Below are positions 37,120-50,251 of a DNA stretch of 64,000 bases, piece by piece. Source of the stretch: Raillietiella orientalis (Eukaryota); the NCBI GenBank assembly GCA_036172245.1, contig JAYWIR010000002.1:1674001-1738000 (forward strand), in the 5' to 3' direction. Every line of letters begins with the position of its first letter. Position 1 is the stretch's first letter. The position numbers were made by a program, and so were the translations under genes. The notes beneath the pieces were generated by a model, which was not told where the DNA came from, did no database searches, and was given only the letters and a program-made list of their open reading frames with translations.

Positions 37120-37780
37120 TAGCTCCGGGAGATCCTGGAAGATCCCGGGAAGAGTGCGTGAACAAGCCGAATCTCCCTCGCTGCCCCTCTGCCTTCCCTT
37201 AGGGAAAGCATGGGCAGCAGCCTTAGGGAACACATGGGAACCCCTCCCGTGCTCCAGGTAGACTATATTGCCCCCTGCTCCTTTGGGAACTCTTTTCCGC
37301 GACTCTTGGAACCCCTGGAGACCCCAGAGACGTTATACGCCTCCTCTTTGTGCGAGACGCCCTGCACCCATCCTCAGCCCTTGCGGCACTTTGCTGTTTT
37401 CGTGGGATCGTGGAGGCGTGGAGCGAAGCCAATGGAGGAGCCAACGACAAGGACCCCGTCCACTTCGCTATTCTCTATTTACGGATAGAGGCCAGATGGT
37501 CCCACCTGGAAGTCAATATCAAGCAAGACCTGCCGGCATCCTGCAAAAGATGCAGAGAACCGCCCCCAACAGGACATGATCGCTTCCCGCATCCTCACTC
37601 CCAGAATTGTTCATTTTTCCTTTTGTTTGTCCCCTTCCCTCTACTGTCGTGGTGGTCCACCGGTCTGTGATCCAAAAACACGGCAGGGTATCTTCAGAAA
37701 GGACGTGGTTGGACCACAGACCCAACCACAAAAATTGTAAATGTTTATTTTAAATAAACGGCCCGGCGAACCCGGGTGAA
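37120..37780 (+). mobile_element. 5'-truncated second copy (B) of the same LINE family, head-to-tail with copy A
   Basis: Direct nucleotide similarity to copy A: 37122 'gctccgggagatcctggaagatcccg' equals 36121; 'gactcttggaacccc' occurs at 36591 and 37301; 'acctgccggcatcc' at ~36818 and ~37528. It ends in AATAAA plus a hairpin at 37762-37776. Confidence 0.8.
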
Positions 37781-37819
37781 ACAAAACGATGCCGATAGAC
37801 CAGCCAGCGTCACCCTTCA

Positions 37820-38025
37820 AGGGGGACTCGAAACTCACGACGCACCCCCAGTTCTAGGCGTCGATCCTTCCCCCGGACGGGATTCGAACCCGCAATGCTT
37901 GGTGCGATGCGCGGAGGCAGCGCCGACGTGTGCGTAGGGGAATTCGAAAGCCGCGACGCACCCAACTAGGCGTCGATTCCTCACGCGTGTTTGAACCCGC
38001 GACGCCATGGCCACCAACGCGGAAG
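37820..38025 (-). repeat. Tandem tRNA-derived (pseudo-tRNA/SINE-head-like) repeat, two ~115-bp units
   Basis: 'cgacgcaccc...ctaggcgtcgat' recurs at ~37838 and ~37954. The minus strand of 37869-37893 reads GCGGG-TTCGAAT-CCCGT-CCGGGGGA (T-arm/B box plus 3' acceptor strand). The D and anticodon arms do not fold, so it is not called a functional tRNA. Confidence 0.6.
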
Positions 38026-39259
38026 TTTCCGATGCTTGATGATCGGATCCCGGATCCATTGTGCCTCGAAAAGTGGATCTGGTGGATCTCGAAAAGGCAC
38101 CCTTCTCCCAGTTCCTTGGAAAAGTGCGAAGGCTTCAAAAGGATGCGTTTCCTCCCTTCGCACCTCCAGCCCCGCTTTCGTTAATGAGGCAGGAAAAGAA
38201 AAGTACCGTTTCGTCCAGCTCAGGGATGTGCACCCTTCCTCCAGACACCGCAAGCGTCGCCCTCTTCTCCACAAAATACCCAAATGCCTGTTCCTCACTT
38301 GCTCTTCATCCCTTGGCATGTTTCGTTACTGCTAGGGGGAGGGAGGAAAAAAAAAAGGCGCGCACCCGGTGCGGCTTCCCAAAGATTGGCATCGTGTTCC
38401 TTGGCCAGCGGCAAAACACAGTGGATCCGCCAGTTTGATTAGGGGAAGACTGGCAGTTGTCTGGGATGATTTTCAGCAATTCATTGGGAATACGGTCGGA
38501 TCGCTGTCCATCCCCGAGAGGTCGCTCCCTCTTTTGTCACTATCCACTCATGGGACGCTCAGGCATCTAGCTGAAAAGACAACGAACCCTGCTGCATTGG
38601 AGAGCTGAGGAAATATAAAACGAAAGAGTGGTGACCAAAACGAAAAAGAAACAGCTTGACAGCTTGATGGCGAAGCAAACAAGAAGAAAAAAGGAATCTA
38701 TTGAAAAATCTCAAAGAAGAAAAGAAAATCGGGCATTTAAAGCACCGGTAGGCTAATAAGCATGCGTGATTGCTCAGCCACTTAAATTGGCCAGCAACAC
38801 TTTGAACATGCATTTGAGCACAACGCTTCTAACGGGAAGGAACGCTGTGAAACCAATTCTGCACATCCATAGCGATCTTCCTGAAAATTCGAGAAAAACC
38901 TGGAATATTTTGCGTGTTCTTATTGGCAAGGGCGTCAACAAAGCGGTACATTGCTTTACTTCATATCTTTATTGAGAAATTTTTATCAGAGGATGAACCA
39001 CTCAATGGTGCTTCCCTTCCACGCTGTATATCTCAATCACATGTATACTGGGGGACGTACAAGGTTCAAGTAGTAGCCCAGCCTTCACTGTGAAACACAG
39101 CTGCGTAAAATAAGCTGCATCGAGAGCCTGGCACAACGGCTTGCTTGTCCGTTCGAATTTTAGCCATTATCCGATGTGTTTTACTGCAGACCTGCATACT
39201 CCTCCATGACTGGCATTCGCTTTCTTTCTGCTAGTATTACCTTTTCCTTTTCTTTTCTT

Positions 39260-39660
39260 GTTCCACCTTGTCCATGCCGATACAAAACAAACGTGCTCTG
39301 GGATGCGAAACAGTCATTACTTCATGCTTCCATGAAATGTTCGGGCGGCCTCTTCTGTGTCAGGAATGCTGCACATTTACACCTAGCGAAAAAAAATCCT
39401 GGAAACCCCAGCCCACGCGAAGCGTCTGGAGGAAGCAGCCGAAAAGAGAAACGCGTTTTCGAAGAGCATCCGCCAGCAGCTACCGTCAGCACTCTCCTTG
39501 TCGAAGAGACTCAGCGGAGCTATGCTGCAAGGTCCTGTCTAAGGTTTTTGGACATGGCAACTCGGGGATCCAAAAGTATCCGGGCGCTGAATTCTGTGGT
39601 CATATCACCATCTCAGCAGCCATCCCGAAAAATTTAGGATATACTGGTTCAAGTGCTACT
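39260..39660 (+). mobile_element. Very decayed LINE C-terminal fragment, possibly the same family as copies A-C
   Basis: 'CPCRY...SLLHASMKC', 'PGNPSPRE' and 'LCCK...GIQK' parallel copy A's 'LLHLLVDC', 'LGTPSNNARD', 'LCC' and 'GVQN'. The similarity is weak. Confidence 0.3.
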
Positions 39661-42417
39661 CGGAACCGAGTCTAATGAGGTCACGTGCAAAAGCGATCAG
39701 AAAATTCGCTTCCTGTTCGTTTTTTTTTGCTATGTAAATGAAATTCACTGCCGTCAGGAAGATGGCGCGTAGTAAGACTGAACTTCGTTCGGCTTTCATA
39801 AATCCGAAAATCCCTTCTGCAACTCCGAGAAGCTTATGAAAACTCCGCTCGTATTCTTTCGCAGCCGTTGCGAAGGAAGCTGCACCTTTATCAAGGAAAA
39901 GTCGCGCAATCCACAGTTGTGCTTGCGCTACTTCATGCTCCAGAGTCCCGATTCACAAAGATGCTTTCTCATTCGTCCGAGATGCTTTCCGGAAACTGCG
40001 TTGTGCCTCATGCTCTCCTATAAGATTGGCAACTTTGATATCCTAAAGGAAAGACAATGTGAAACCTTAAGAGGCGACACGAAACTTTCCAGTTCAACCC
40101 CTTAAGGTTTCATGTCACCAGTACTTAAGGATCACTTCAACCGGTATCCGCATTCTGGTCTTCACAAATCAGCCAGCCTTTGCAAATCCGAAGGAGTTCG
40201 CGTGTTTTTGCCCACGTTCACCACAAGAATCACCACAGATATACTTTTGCTGATTGAACAAAATCCATAAACCCACTGATCACCTCCTCACACATTCGCT
40301 TGTGTTTCAAATGGTTTACAGTGTGAACGCAGATTGCAGAAAATTTTCCACTTTGCACGTTACACCAAAGTTGTGAAACATTTTCAGGAAAAAAAAAAAA
40401 ACAGGAGAAAGCACCTTAAGGATTCAAAGCCACCCAGACTGCATCCCCCAAGAAAAAAAAAACAGAACTGGAGGGGGGTGGGGGAAGGGGTGAGACATGT
40501 ACTCGTTTCAAAAGCAGAAAAGACCGGGTCGAAATCTATTTAAGATCGCTTCTATCAAATGGGTTGTTTTCTCCTTGAAAGAATACGAGGTCCGTCCTTC
40601 TAGTGCTCAACATCAAGGATGCAGTGGATGAAACGCAACTTTTAGAGGACGACTCTCGGGGCGTCTCTCCTTCCTCGCTCGAGTATATGACGTTCCCATG
40701 GAGTGCAAACTCGAATGCAAGGTCATTCCCGATTCCCAAACCTCGAAAGTGAAAGACGGGAAAGTGGAGAGTCGTCTACCTGAGAACGAGTGAACGCTCC
40801 CCCGCACACCACCGGTCATGATGATTCGAAAGACAAATCCCTGAGCATCCCGTGGAACTGCGCCCAATTTGAGATTTTGAAAACCAAGTCGAGGAACGCC
40901 GCTGTGCGCAAATTACATATCCGTCTTCGATGTACAACATTCTTTTCTCTCTCTGGAGTAGTTTGCTTTCTCTCTCTCTCCCCCCCCCCACCTCTCTCTT
41001 TCTTCCTTTATGAAAGCACACACTGACTATCTTGAATTTATATTCGGTGATACAAGAGATGCTGATAAGAGAAGGACTTTTACGCACACCCTCACTTACG
41101 CGAGACTGACGTTGCGGTTACCGCTAACACGGAAGAATTTCGAAAGAAGCGCTAAGTTTCTTGAAAGCTGTGAATTCCGCGACACCTTTCAGGATGTGAA
41201 GGCTTTGAAACTGTCATGCTTTTGGAATGCTTTTGGAGCTCACGTCGTCCAAAGAGCAAGTTTCTGGCTTCTCATGCCATCACCGTGCTTGTGTTATCAC
41301 TTAATTGACCGGACAGTTTGGACTCTTGCAGAGGCAAAGGAGGCAACCTCGATTCTCCCTTTCCAATTTTGTAAGGTAAAATATTGAATATTGTGGTTTG
41401 TTACCATGTCAACACAAACACGACGTTATTTAAGAGGGAGCAGCGTTCCGAGTCGAAAGCGTGGATTCGATTTTCCGAAAATATGACGAATTCTGAAATG
41501 CGGAAAAAAGCTCAGATTGCATGCTATTATAATTCCGGCTTAATGGTACAATTTCGATATTAAGAAATCTACTCCAATTAGCACTTTCATTCGGCACAGG
41601 TCACTGCATTGCAACAAGCGAAGTCTTACACCTTCCTTAGCCCTAATACCATTTTCCTGCACGCTTGCTTTCGTAGAGGAAAGTTTCCGATCTTACTACA
41701 AATTATCACATGGCACATTTTCATGATTGTGTACGATAGATAAAAATCAAAATTCCGGATTTCTGCAGCGATCGCGAACTCCCCCTCCCCCTCCCCCTCC
41801 TCCTCAGCATCTTGATGCCAGAAATAGCCTTGTATCCAGCTCAGATCGAAAAGAAGAGTTTAATTCAATGTGAATTAACGTTGAAAGTGAAGTACTACTC
41901 GATAATGTTGGATTTAGATTTAGCCTGCGTGAACATTTCGTTCCAGAAATCCCTTGAATACAAGGAAAAACTTTTTCACATAGCACTTTTAGAGGAAGCC
42001 CACATCCCAGCGAGCAGGAGCATACACAACATCTTCAACTCTTGTTTCCTTTTCTTCCCATGGGGTGGACTAAAAAGTTTTGCTTTCCCGAGCACAGGGG
42101 CGATTAAAACATGTCAAAGGGGCACGGATATACGTGTATCCCTCCCCTAGTTCAAATGAATGTGCTCTTGAAAGAAATAAATTCCTTTCAGGAATAATCC
42201 TGGAATACTTCAGAACGCACCCACGTTTAATGCACCTCGTGTTTGCTCGAAACACCAGAGTTTTTTTTTTTAGTTCCCGATGTACAATTTGAAATACCCT
42301 TTCTTAGCCGCACTCTTGAAAGCATGAGCTGCGGATGCTGAACACATTCATAAGATCTTTTTCCCTGTTTAAGTGAAGCATCACGCTGCACGTGCACCAC
42401 ACCATATCTCTTGAAGA

Positions 42418-42840
42418 TCATAGCTGTTCTTCCGGATTTGATGCCAACTGCTTATGCCGTATCATATTCGACATTATACTATCTAAAGTGACCGTCTTTT
42501 TGCGCGCGCTGCCTTTAAGTTCGGAGAGGGAAGGATTGCGACGGGCGAGAAACTTAAGTTGGGACTGCTCCTCGTCAAAATCGAAATCCCTTAAAACATT
42601 GATAATGGGACCATCGGTCTTCTCCACGACGCTGGAGGACAGAAATCGTTCCACGGGAGAAGGGGGGCGGCGACCCGGGCACCGCCATTCCAAATCAAGA
42701 ATGCCATCTTTCTGCAGCTTTTCATAGAGGATTATTATGTCGGGGATAGGAATTTGCCATTCTTCGTCAGGGCTTTTGGTTATTCCTTCCCCATAATACT
42801 TCTCGTCATCAGAGCATTCGACTTCCCAGTGATCACTCAT
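42418..42840 (-). CDS. PAGR1: PAXIP1-associated glutamate-rich protein 1 (PA1), 140 aa, single coding exon
   Basis: ATG at 42840. Family motifs: 'WEVECSDDE', 'IIILYEKLQKDGILDLEWRCPGRRPPSP', 'FDFDEE' and C-terminal 'LDSIMSNMIRHKQL'. A tttcag acceptor lies 9 nt upstream of the ATG. Confidence 0.92.
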   Translation of the reverse strand: MSDHWEVECSDDEKYYGEGITKSPDEEWQIPIPDIIILYEKLQKDGILDLEWRCPGRRPPSPVERFLSSSVVEKTDGPIINVLRDFDFDEEQSQLKFLARRNPSLSELKGSARKKTVTLDSIMSNMIRHKQLASNPEEQL

Positions 42841-43899
42841 AATTAGGAACTGAAACCAAAAAAGAACGTTTGAACACAGGAGTGAACAACAGGGGCAGAG
42901 CCATAAAAAAGAACACACACACACGATTACTTAATGCTATCTCAACTAACCCGTGCAACGATGAAAAAAAATGCTTTCTAATCAAATGTTTTTTTAAATA
43001 ATTTACAAAATGCTCAGGAAAACTCGTGAAATGAATCGTTTGTTACATAGTAAAAAACAAAACAAAAAAAACAAAATGGTGTCGTTTTTTTTTTGCTTTT
43101 TGTTTTCATGAAGGAAATGCGCGATAAGATTGCATCATGAAAGTTTATTACGATAGAGTGAACTTTGCCACAGCTACGAAAGTGTGTGCCCTCGTGCAAG
43201 CAAGACAAAGAAATTCCCTGAATGATGAAGAAACAATCAGATGTTAAGGAAGCATTTTCTCCAAATCCTTCTGGGAGAAATCCAAGCACCAAAAGATAAT
43301 CACGTGCTGCTGGTGTTTTGAATACGTTAAAAAAAAAAAGCAAGACATACCTCAAGTTAATACAAACTTTGCACCAAATGCATAAAGTAAATACAAAATA
43401 ACCAATAATGAACAAATCAGGCAATAATTGAATGCAACAAATGTAATCCTATATTACTGAAGTATCAATACTGTAGGTAACATAAAAAATTCAAATGACT
43501 GTTATGCTGTTCCCCACCCACCCAAAAAAAAAACGTTACAAGGAAAATGCAATTAAAACTGCCAATTTCATGCCAATTTCATTGTGACAGCAATGAGCAA
43601 CTTTCTTCTGGAGATCTTTAATTTGCATATTTCTGATAAAGTCCAACACAAAGGTTGAAATAATAGCGTGACCCACAAACCAACTAACATGTTCATATTA
43701 ATTTTCGGTTTCACTGTTCCATATAAGAAAAACTGAGGAAAAATTCCGCAACCTTAGATGTTTTCCTTTACAAAGAAACGTTGCGATTCAGAATTTTTGC
43801 ATACAATATTTCGGTTGGTACGAACAGAATACAACTTTTGGCCTCTAACGCTACAATGGGAATACTAGAAAGTTACAGCTAGTAAACTATGTAAATTTA

Positions 43900-44065
43900 A
43901 GTTTCAAAAAATTAATACATTTATGTATATACGCATATATGCGTGTATAAAAAGTATATAAAATTTACATTAAAATAAATGGAAAATGAAAATTTAAATA
44001 CAAAAATATATATATATATATAATATAAAAATACTAAAAATGGGAATATAAAAAATAACATATGC
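43900..44065. repeat. Very AT-rich tract with (TA)n microsatellite
   Basis: Almost purely A/T sequence, including atatatatatatata at ~44007-44021. Confidence 0.8.
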
Positions 44066-45670
44066 CAAATCGGTGAAATTACGTGTTGAATTCTAATGCT
44101 TAAAAAGAAAATAATTGCTACAGATTTCTCGACTTTTGTGATTCATAACAAAACATCGAAAGGATTGCAGTAAGGATTTTTAATGGTTTTAGTTCGCAGA
44201 CTGGAGAGTTATCATTGGGGATTATGATTTTTGCAGCCTTACAGGTTACACTGAATGCTAGAGGTTTATAGCATCAGGTTTGCAAAACTATCTAGTTGAC
44301 AATTATTGGATAATATTAGTATTTTTTTTTTATTATTTATCCCAGTTTACTGAACATTAATTACAAATGCTACACCCATTCTCACAAAGCAATTGTAAAA
44401 CAAAAGCATAATTCTCCAATCAGTCCCTTTACATCACAGAAAATTCATATCCCCAAATTTCAGGAACTGCTATAGCAACAAAAACAAAATATGCCACAAT
44501 TAGATTTTTAACAATAATTTTAAACAAACAAAAATGATCTTAATTTGCAAATCTGCATCACAAATCCTTTGAGATATGCAATTATTTGGTAATTTATAAT
44601 CTCTTTCATTTTAGCAATCATTAGATTGAAAAAAAGAAAAGAATGAATCACCACTTCTGTTGTAAACATTGCAACATTTGAGTCGCAATAAAATAAGTTG
44701 TGCAATAAATCAAAATATTCATGCAGGCAGACTGCTAAACCTGTTGATACATCCATCATGATCACATGAAACCACTGAAGAAAAAGATACCTTGTTCCCA
44801 CACAACAAAATGCATGACAATGCATGAAATTCCAATGTATTTCACCAAACATAAAATGATGCTGTTTACGCACATGATATCATAGGATACCACAAGGGTA
44901 TTCCAATTTTGCACACATGCAACCACACTAATAGTGCAAATAATGATTATTAATAATTGTTATTTGCATGTGTTGAATTTTGACACAAAAGACTAATATT
45001 TAATATTGATAGCATTAATATTTATCAGAGCATGATGTCTGAAGAATCCATTTTTCCTTAGAAGGTGCTTTTTTGTTTTTTTTCGAGGTTACTCAAATAC
45101 ATGTAGCCACTCAAAAAAGTAGCATGAATAATGCACCAATAATGCATTAACTAACTTCGGCAATTACATGAATCATGGCAATTTTTTCATCAAAAACGGC
45201 AATGCAAGAATGTTTGGTGCAAGCTATTTCATTGTCAATCAATTTAATCTCGACATATACTGTGCAAGTGAATATAAAAAACAGGTCAATATTGCACTAC
45301 ATGCATGTAATGAATTGACATAAGACTTACATATCTTTAAATTTTACTCATTTATCTGATAAGCAACCAATAATTATCTAAGACACTGATTTTTTAGATT
45401 TCATTAAAAACTCCATGTTTCAAATAATAAGCAATCATTAGCTACATGCTTAGAAATTCAATTTTCATTTCTTGTTTATTAAAACTTGTTATTCAAATAG
45501 ATGTTTATCAAGCTCTATATGCAAAATTACTTACTTACGAACAAAACAAAAAAACATGCAATTTGACTTGAGTATACATGTAAAATAAATCAATGATAAT
45601 ATCTTTTTATTAGAGTTCATGAAGTAGCCCTTAGCACATTCAAGAGGAAAATCTGGGAGTTCAGACAAGC

Positions 45671-46387
45671 ATGAAATACACATACGCAATTTGCATTTTG
45701 ATTCCAAACTTCTTTGCTCTGAATCAAAAACAGATGCATTCATCTAACACCACAGAGTTACTTTCATCAACATTTACAAAAAGTAAAACATCCACTCTCA
45801 CCCCAGAATCAGCAAATAAAAGTGAACAAACACAAACTTGTAAGTACTTACCAGGAATCTAAACCGGATATAATTTATTTGCAGATACAACACAACTGGT
45901 GTCAGAAACAACAAGCATGGTGTCACCAAAGGAATGTCCTTGTGAAATGCCTTCTTATTTATTGAACCCCATCCCTTACGAAAAGAATATTTTAAGCTCT
46001 CCAAACGAAAACATTAAATTAAGTTGTGGAGCTGAAGTTGAAGCATCAGAGACAATAACAGTTAAATGGCAATTTGTAAGCAATACAGGTAGCAACTGTA
46101 TTATTACACATAACAACACATGTGGCTTTAACTTTTATTTGAATGAAGAAACTGCAAATAACTATACAAAAATAATACTCTTAATATATAACACAAGTTA
46201 CAGAGAAACAGGAGACTATGACTGTGTTCTCCAGATACCCTGCTGTGAAGACATGCATCACAACATCAGAGTATGGTTTATGCCAAATTATACTTTGCCT
46301 ATAGTTATAGTTTGGATCATTAATGGATTGTTAGCTATCATTATTGCTACACACTATCTATATGAACAGAAAACTTCCAAAATATGA
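45671..46387 (+). CDS. Type I membrane glycoprotein: signal peptide, Ser/Thr-rich stalk, one Ig-like domain, TM helix, short tail (223 aa; basigin-like C-terminal half)
   Basis: Exons 45671-45839 and 45885-46387 join through a 45-nt gtaagt...ttgcag intron. Hydrophobic N-terminus MKYTYAICILIPNFFAL. Ig signature 'LSC...VKWQF...LLIYN...ETGDYDC'. TM 'LPIVIVWIINGLLAIIIA' followed by 'YLYEQK'. Several N-x-S/T sites; AATAAA at ~46462. Confidence 0.8.
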
Positions 46388-47284
46388 AGATTTTAAACCA
46401 TTTCTATTAAAAATATACATGTACAGATGTAAGTTTGCAGAATTATTTGTACCATAAACTTAATAAAAGCTTGAAATTTTGATGAGTTGTGGCGTATTAC
46501 AAATGTATACTGAAAACTGTCAGCATTTTCACACCGTAAGTCTCCATCCTGAGCACTTCATGGATCAGACACTGGTTTAATAAATCCAGACTTATTCTTT
46601 AAACACAAAGCGCAAATACCTTAGATACTGAGTTCGACTAGAATTGGCAGGGGAACCTCTGTGCCTTTTATTATGCTTACTTTATCATTTTTACTCTAGC
46701 TGTGTGCTAAGGAGCCTGTTCCAAGCAGTGCGAAAACCGTAAACAGTAGCATAAGACTTATTGCCGCCACCATGAGAACCTCCGTTTGACTTCATATTTT
46801 CTTTAATTTTTCCCACATAATCTGGCATGCTATTACGCAACTTCTGCTTCCATCAGAGACGTAATCCAATCTTAGGTGTACAATTTCACTGTTTATGCGA
46901 TTGCATACTCTTGTGCTGATTTTACGAGTAAAACATTAAATGGTTGCGTCTTTCACTAGCAGGTCTAAATCAAGTGGAACGATAACAGTTTATTCAAAAA
47001 TGTCATAAACTACCTTTGCATACTATTAACAGCAGCAAAAAATCCATTCTTCAGAAAATTTAATATTCCATTGAAACGCGCGAATCTGGAATTTTCCGTG
47101 CAGGCCAAGTGAGCACGTGCTTTCCTGGTGTTATCATATCTGGAAAATATCCTTTGATAGTACATTATCTCAAATGAAATGTAACGAAACAGCCTCAGAA
47201 ACTGGGTCTTCTTTTGAGAAGGCCTTTCACCAAGTGTGTCTGGGTTTGTCTCAGAGATCCTTGGGCGAATTCTAGTGAGAAAAA

Positions 47285-47470
47285 TTGAGACTACTGAGAA
47301 CACGAAAGACGGGCTTAACTCTTAAGAAGGTGGAATTTAACTCGGAAGAAAACATCAACTCGAAAAAACAAATCAAAGGGGATGGGATTTCCGCCAACAT
47401 ACTCCAACTGATCGACTTCCATAAATTACATAAAAGCTTCGAAAAAGACAAGTGCAACGAAGAATAATAG
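47285..47470 (+). mobile_element. Possible LINE RT-proximal fragment
   Basis: 'INSKKQIKGDGISANILQL' resembles the KxPGxDGIxAExLK motif. No further motifs could be read. Confidence 0.3.
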
Positions 47471-48534
47471 ATTTGAAAGACATTTCATGAAAACAAACGA
47501 ACTTCATTCAGCCCAATGTAACAAAGAATGCTTTGGTATAAAGGAGTTTGTTCCTTCCGGACGTTTCTTACAAATACTGCGCTGTCTCCTTGTGATTAGT
47601 TTGTCTGTAACCTTTTTTAATTGAAGGTTTTGATCGTTCCGACGTAATTCAATCTGCATGAGAGATATTATCTCCAAGATTTCAAGATTGCTCGGAAATG
47701 AATTTCATTTGTATCTCTTCCGTGACAATTCTCAAAATTGTATTCGCAAGATGTAAAATCTTTACTACAAAAATGTACCTCACTGCATTTGCAGCTTCTT
47801 TATAACGACTATAAGCTATAGATGGTGCCTCAACGAAGTACGAGTCGAAAGCACCTACCGAGAACAATCAGAACTGACGAAAACAAATTCTAAATGTTCT
47901 CAATCAAGGCTTCCGAAATTCGTGCTCCTTTAGTCCTTAGCTTCTGCTTTTCCTGTGGTAGTTCCAAGATTGAAGTCAGCAGGCACGAAGGCCATCGTTT
48001 TTAAACCTGCATAATTGAAGGGTAGCCGAAGAACAAAGAACAGATTTTTGCACTTTCAATATTTAGGGCTAACTCGTCAGCAACGTAACAACGCATGCAG
48101 TATTTTTCGTAAACTCATATTTTCCTTTATTTGCATAATAATGGAAAATATGCTTAACTGGAACCACATCAATTTTATTATCCATAACTCTTTGCTAATA
48201 TGCTGAAGTGGTTCATTCGTATAAGTGTATGTGTGCATTAGGAACACAAAAGAATGCATTATGGTCCGAGTCCATCTTACTCTTTGCTGTGGGTACGTAT
48301 TATGAACTACAATAAAGCTTATTGTACAAACTTTCAAATCTTATAAGAAAAGCTATCTTATGCAGCAACTTTGAAAACTTCAAGGATTACCATCTATCAA
48401 GTTGGCTAAGATGACCTGACTTCATTAGTCTTCATTTGGTTAAAAATAAAAAGGCAAGGCTGACACAACACTTGAAAATTTGTTCTTGTTACCCCTCAAA
48501 TTAGATATTCTTTTGCTGGTTTCATTCTCTTTTA

Positions 48535-48925
48535 AGCCCATCTCTTGTTTTAATGACCATACTGGAGTTTGGCAGCTCCTACAGATTCATATGAAATCCC
48601 ACATAAACACTGTTATCCACTGTTCCTGCATCTATCCCCACAATTCTTGCATAGTGATAGGCAACCTTCACACTTTGTGATCACCTTTGACAACAGCTAT
48701 CTTTGTGATTAAGGTGAGGTTTTAAGACTTGGGCTTTCCATCTATTTTCTCATTTTATAAGCTAGGATCCAGAATCTCACAATGCATTATGGAGTTTGTA
48801 ATTACATTAATTCGGAATAGAGTCCATGCCTCTGACCATTAAATTCATCCCACAAACATCGACGAGTTTGTCTTTTGGTATGATACACCTTTCGTTAAGA
48901 AGAGGATTCTTTTTTTATTCACTTT
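48535..48925 (-). mobile_element. Tc1/mariner-like transposase relic (pseudogenised)
   Basis: Minus strand reads 'NERCIIPK', 'SSMFVG*I...TLFRINVITNSIMHCEILDPSL' (cf. SVMVWGCI...LxxIxGxxNSxxYxxIL), 'MQELWG*MQEQWITV' and 'VIKTRDG' (cf. ELWxxLQEEW...AVIKAKGG). Stops and frameshifts are present; no TIRs were identified. Confidence 0.65.
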
Positions 48926-49482
48926 TGTCAGTTGAACCCATGTGATTCCCTTTGTCAAAACAACTGAATATCAGTAACAAATTTTCTAGTCACTGCTAAC
49001 ATGAATTGGCCACATAAATGAATAGTAATTGGAAAAAATTACAAGTAGAATGTACAGGAATGTGAACTGCACTGCAAATGCTAAAAACCTGAGGAGAAAA
49101 GAATCAACCATGAATCCTTGGTTGCATCACATAATATCAAAAGTTTTTTGTAAGTGAACTTACCAGAACAGGCTTTGCAATGATGCCAATACGAGACTAA
49201 TAAAAAATAGAAACATAATAGCAATTATAAGAATTCAACATACTTGAATCTAAAGAATCCTGAACTTTCTCTAACAACAATACAAACCAAAGCCAATCAT
49301 TTTCATTGGTTTTCACTTGCTAACTTTATGTCAAATTTTTATAAAACCAATAAAAAGAAAAATCCATTAATTCGTATAGTGTCTGAATAAATGTTGTGTG
49401 CACTGCACAGAATAATTAAGAAAAAAGCATAAACAAATTGTCACAGAAGTTATCTTTATATTTTGTATACTATCTAAAGTGT

Positions 49483-50251
49483 TTATATAAGTTTTACTTG
49501 TCCACTACTTATTAAAGGAGCAACAGAATGATATGACAATAAATGCTGAGATCCCTCTGTCAGTTCTACTTGCTGATGGTTATCAAGCAAGACATTTGTT
49601 GTTCCATGTCGGCATTGAGCAAATACATAACCATTTACACATGATGCTGTAAGTCCATGGATTTTATCAAGTGACTGCAATGGACGAGGCATATGCTGTA
49701 AAGCAAGAGCTTGGAAGTGAGCTTCTAAGTCTGCTTCATAACTGCTGATATTTTCTAAGTGGAAAAAAAATATTGATAAGCTACTTGCGAGCAAACTGCA
49801 CTTCAGCTGAACTCATTTTCTGAGGTGTTGGATTGGCCAAAAGAGCCTGATGAAGACGTTCTATTTTGTATAATCGACAACGCAAGTAATCATTGATTAC
49901 ATACTGAATGCGATCCATCTGTTCACCACATATGGTGTACTCAAAACAATATACCAACTACAAACCCACCTCCAATCTGTGCAATGACATTCTCAAATCA
50001 CCTTTCTGTAAATAAGTTAAATTATTTTCCATTTCTTGTAATTGTTCTAACATGCAATCTACTAAATCCAGCTGAACATCCAAAAGCTCGGGTGCAAACT
50101 TCTCATTAAGCCATGCCTAGCTCAATAAATGAATACAAACAGTGAATACCACCTACTGGAATACCTGATGCAGTCTCTGCAACACCTCCCCTGCTGTTAC
50201 AGTTTCTTCCTCTTCGCCAGATTGCTGGAATATGTCAGCATCTTCATCCAT
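49483..50251 (-). CDS. GINS4: DNA replication complex GINS subunit Sld5, 208 aa, 4 exons
   Basis: Exons 50251-50165, 50116-49970, 49918-49785 and 49741-49483 (introns 48, 51 and 43 nt). Motifs: 'LHQAWLNEKFAPELL', 'LEMDRIQYVINDYLRCRLYKIE', 'ALQHMP' and 'LTEGSQHLLSYHSVAPLISSGQVKLI'. Confidence 0.95.

Noticed and set aside
37869-37945. Functional tRNA gene
   Set aside because: Only the T-arm and part of the acceptor stem pair; the A box, D arm and anticodon arm are not formed.
49040-49216. Small hydrophobic minus-strand exons downstream of GINS4 (good donor at ~49163, acceptor at ~49089)
   Set aside because: They could not be extended into a coherent ORF; they may be UTR or non-coding exons.
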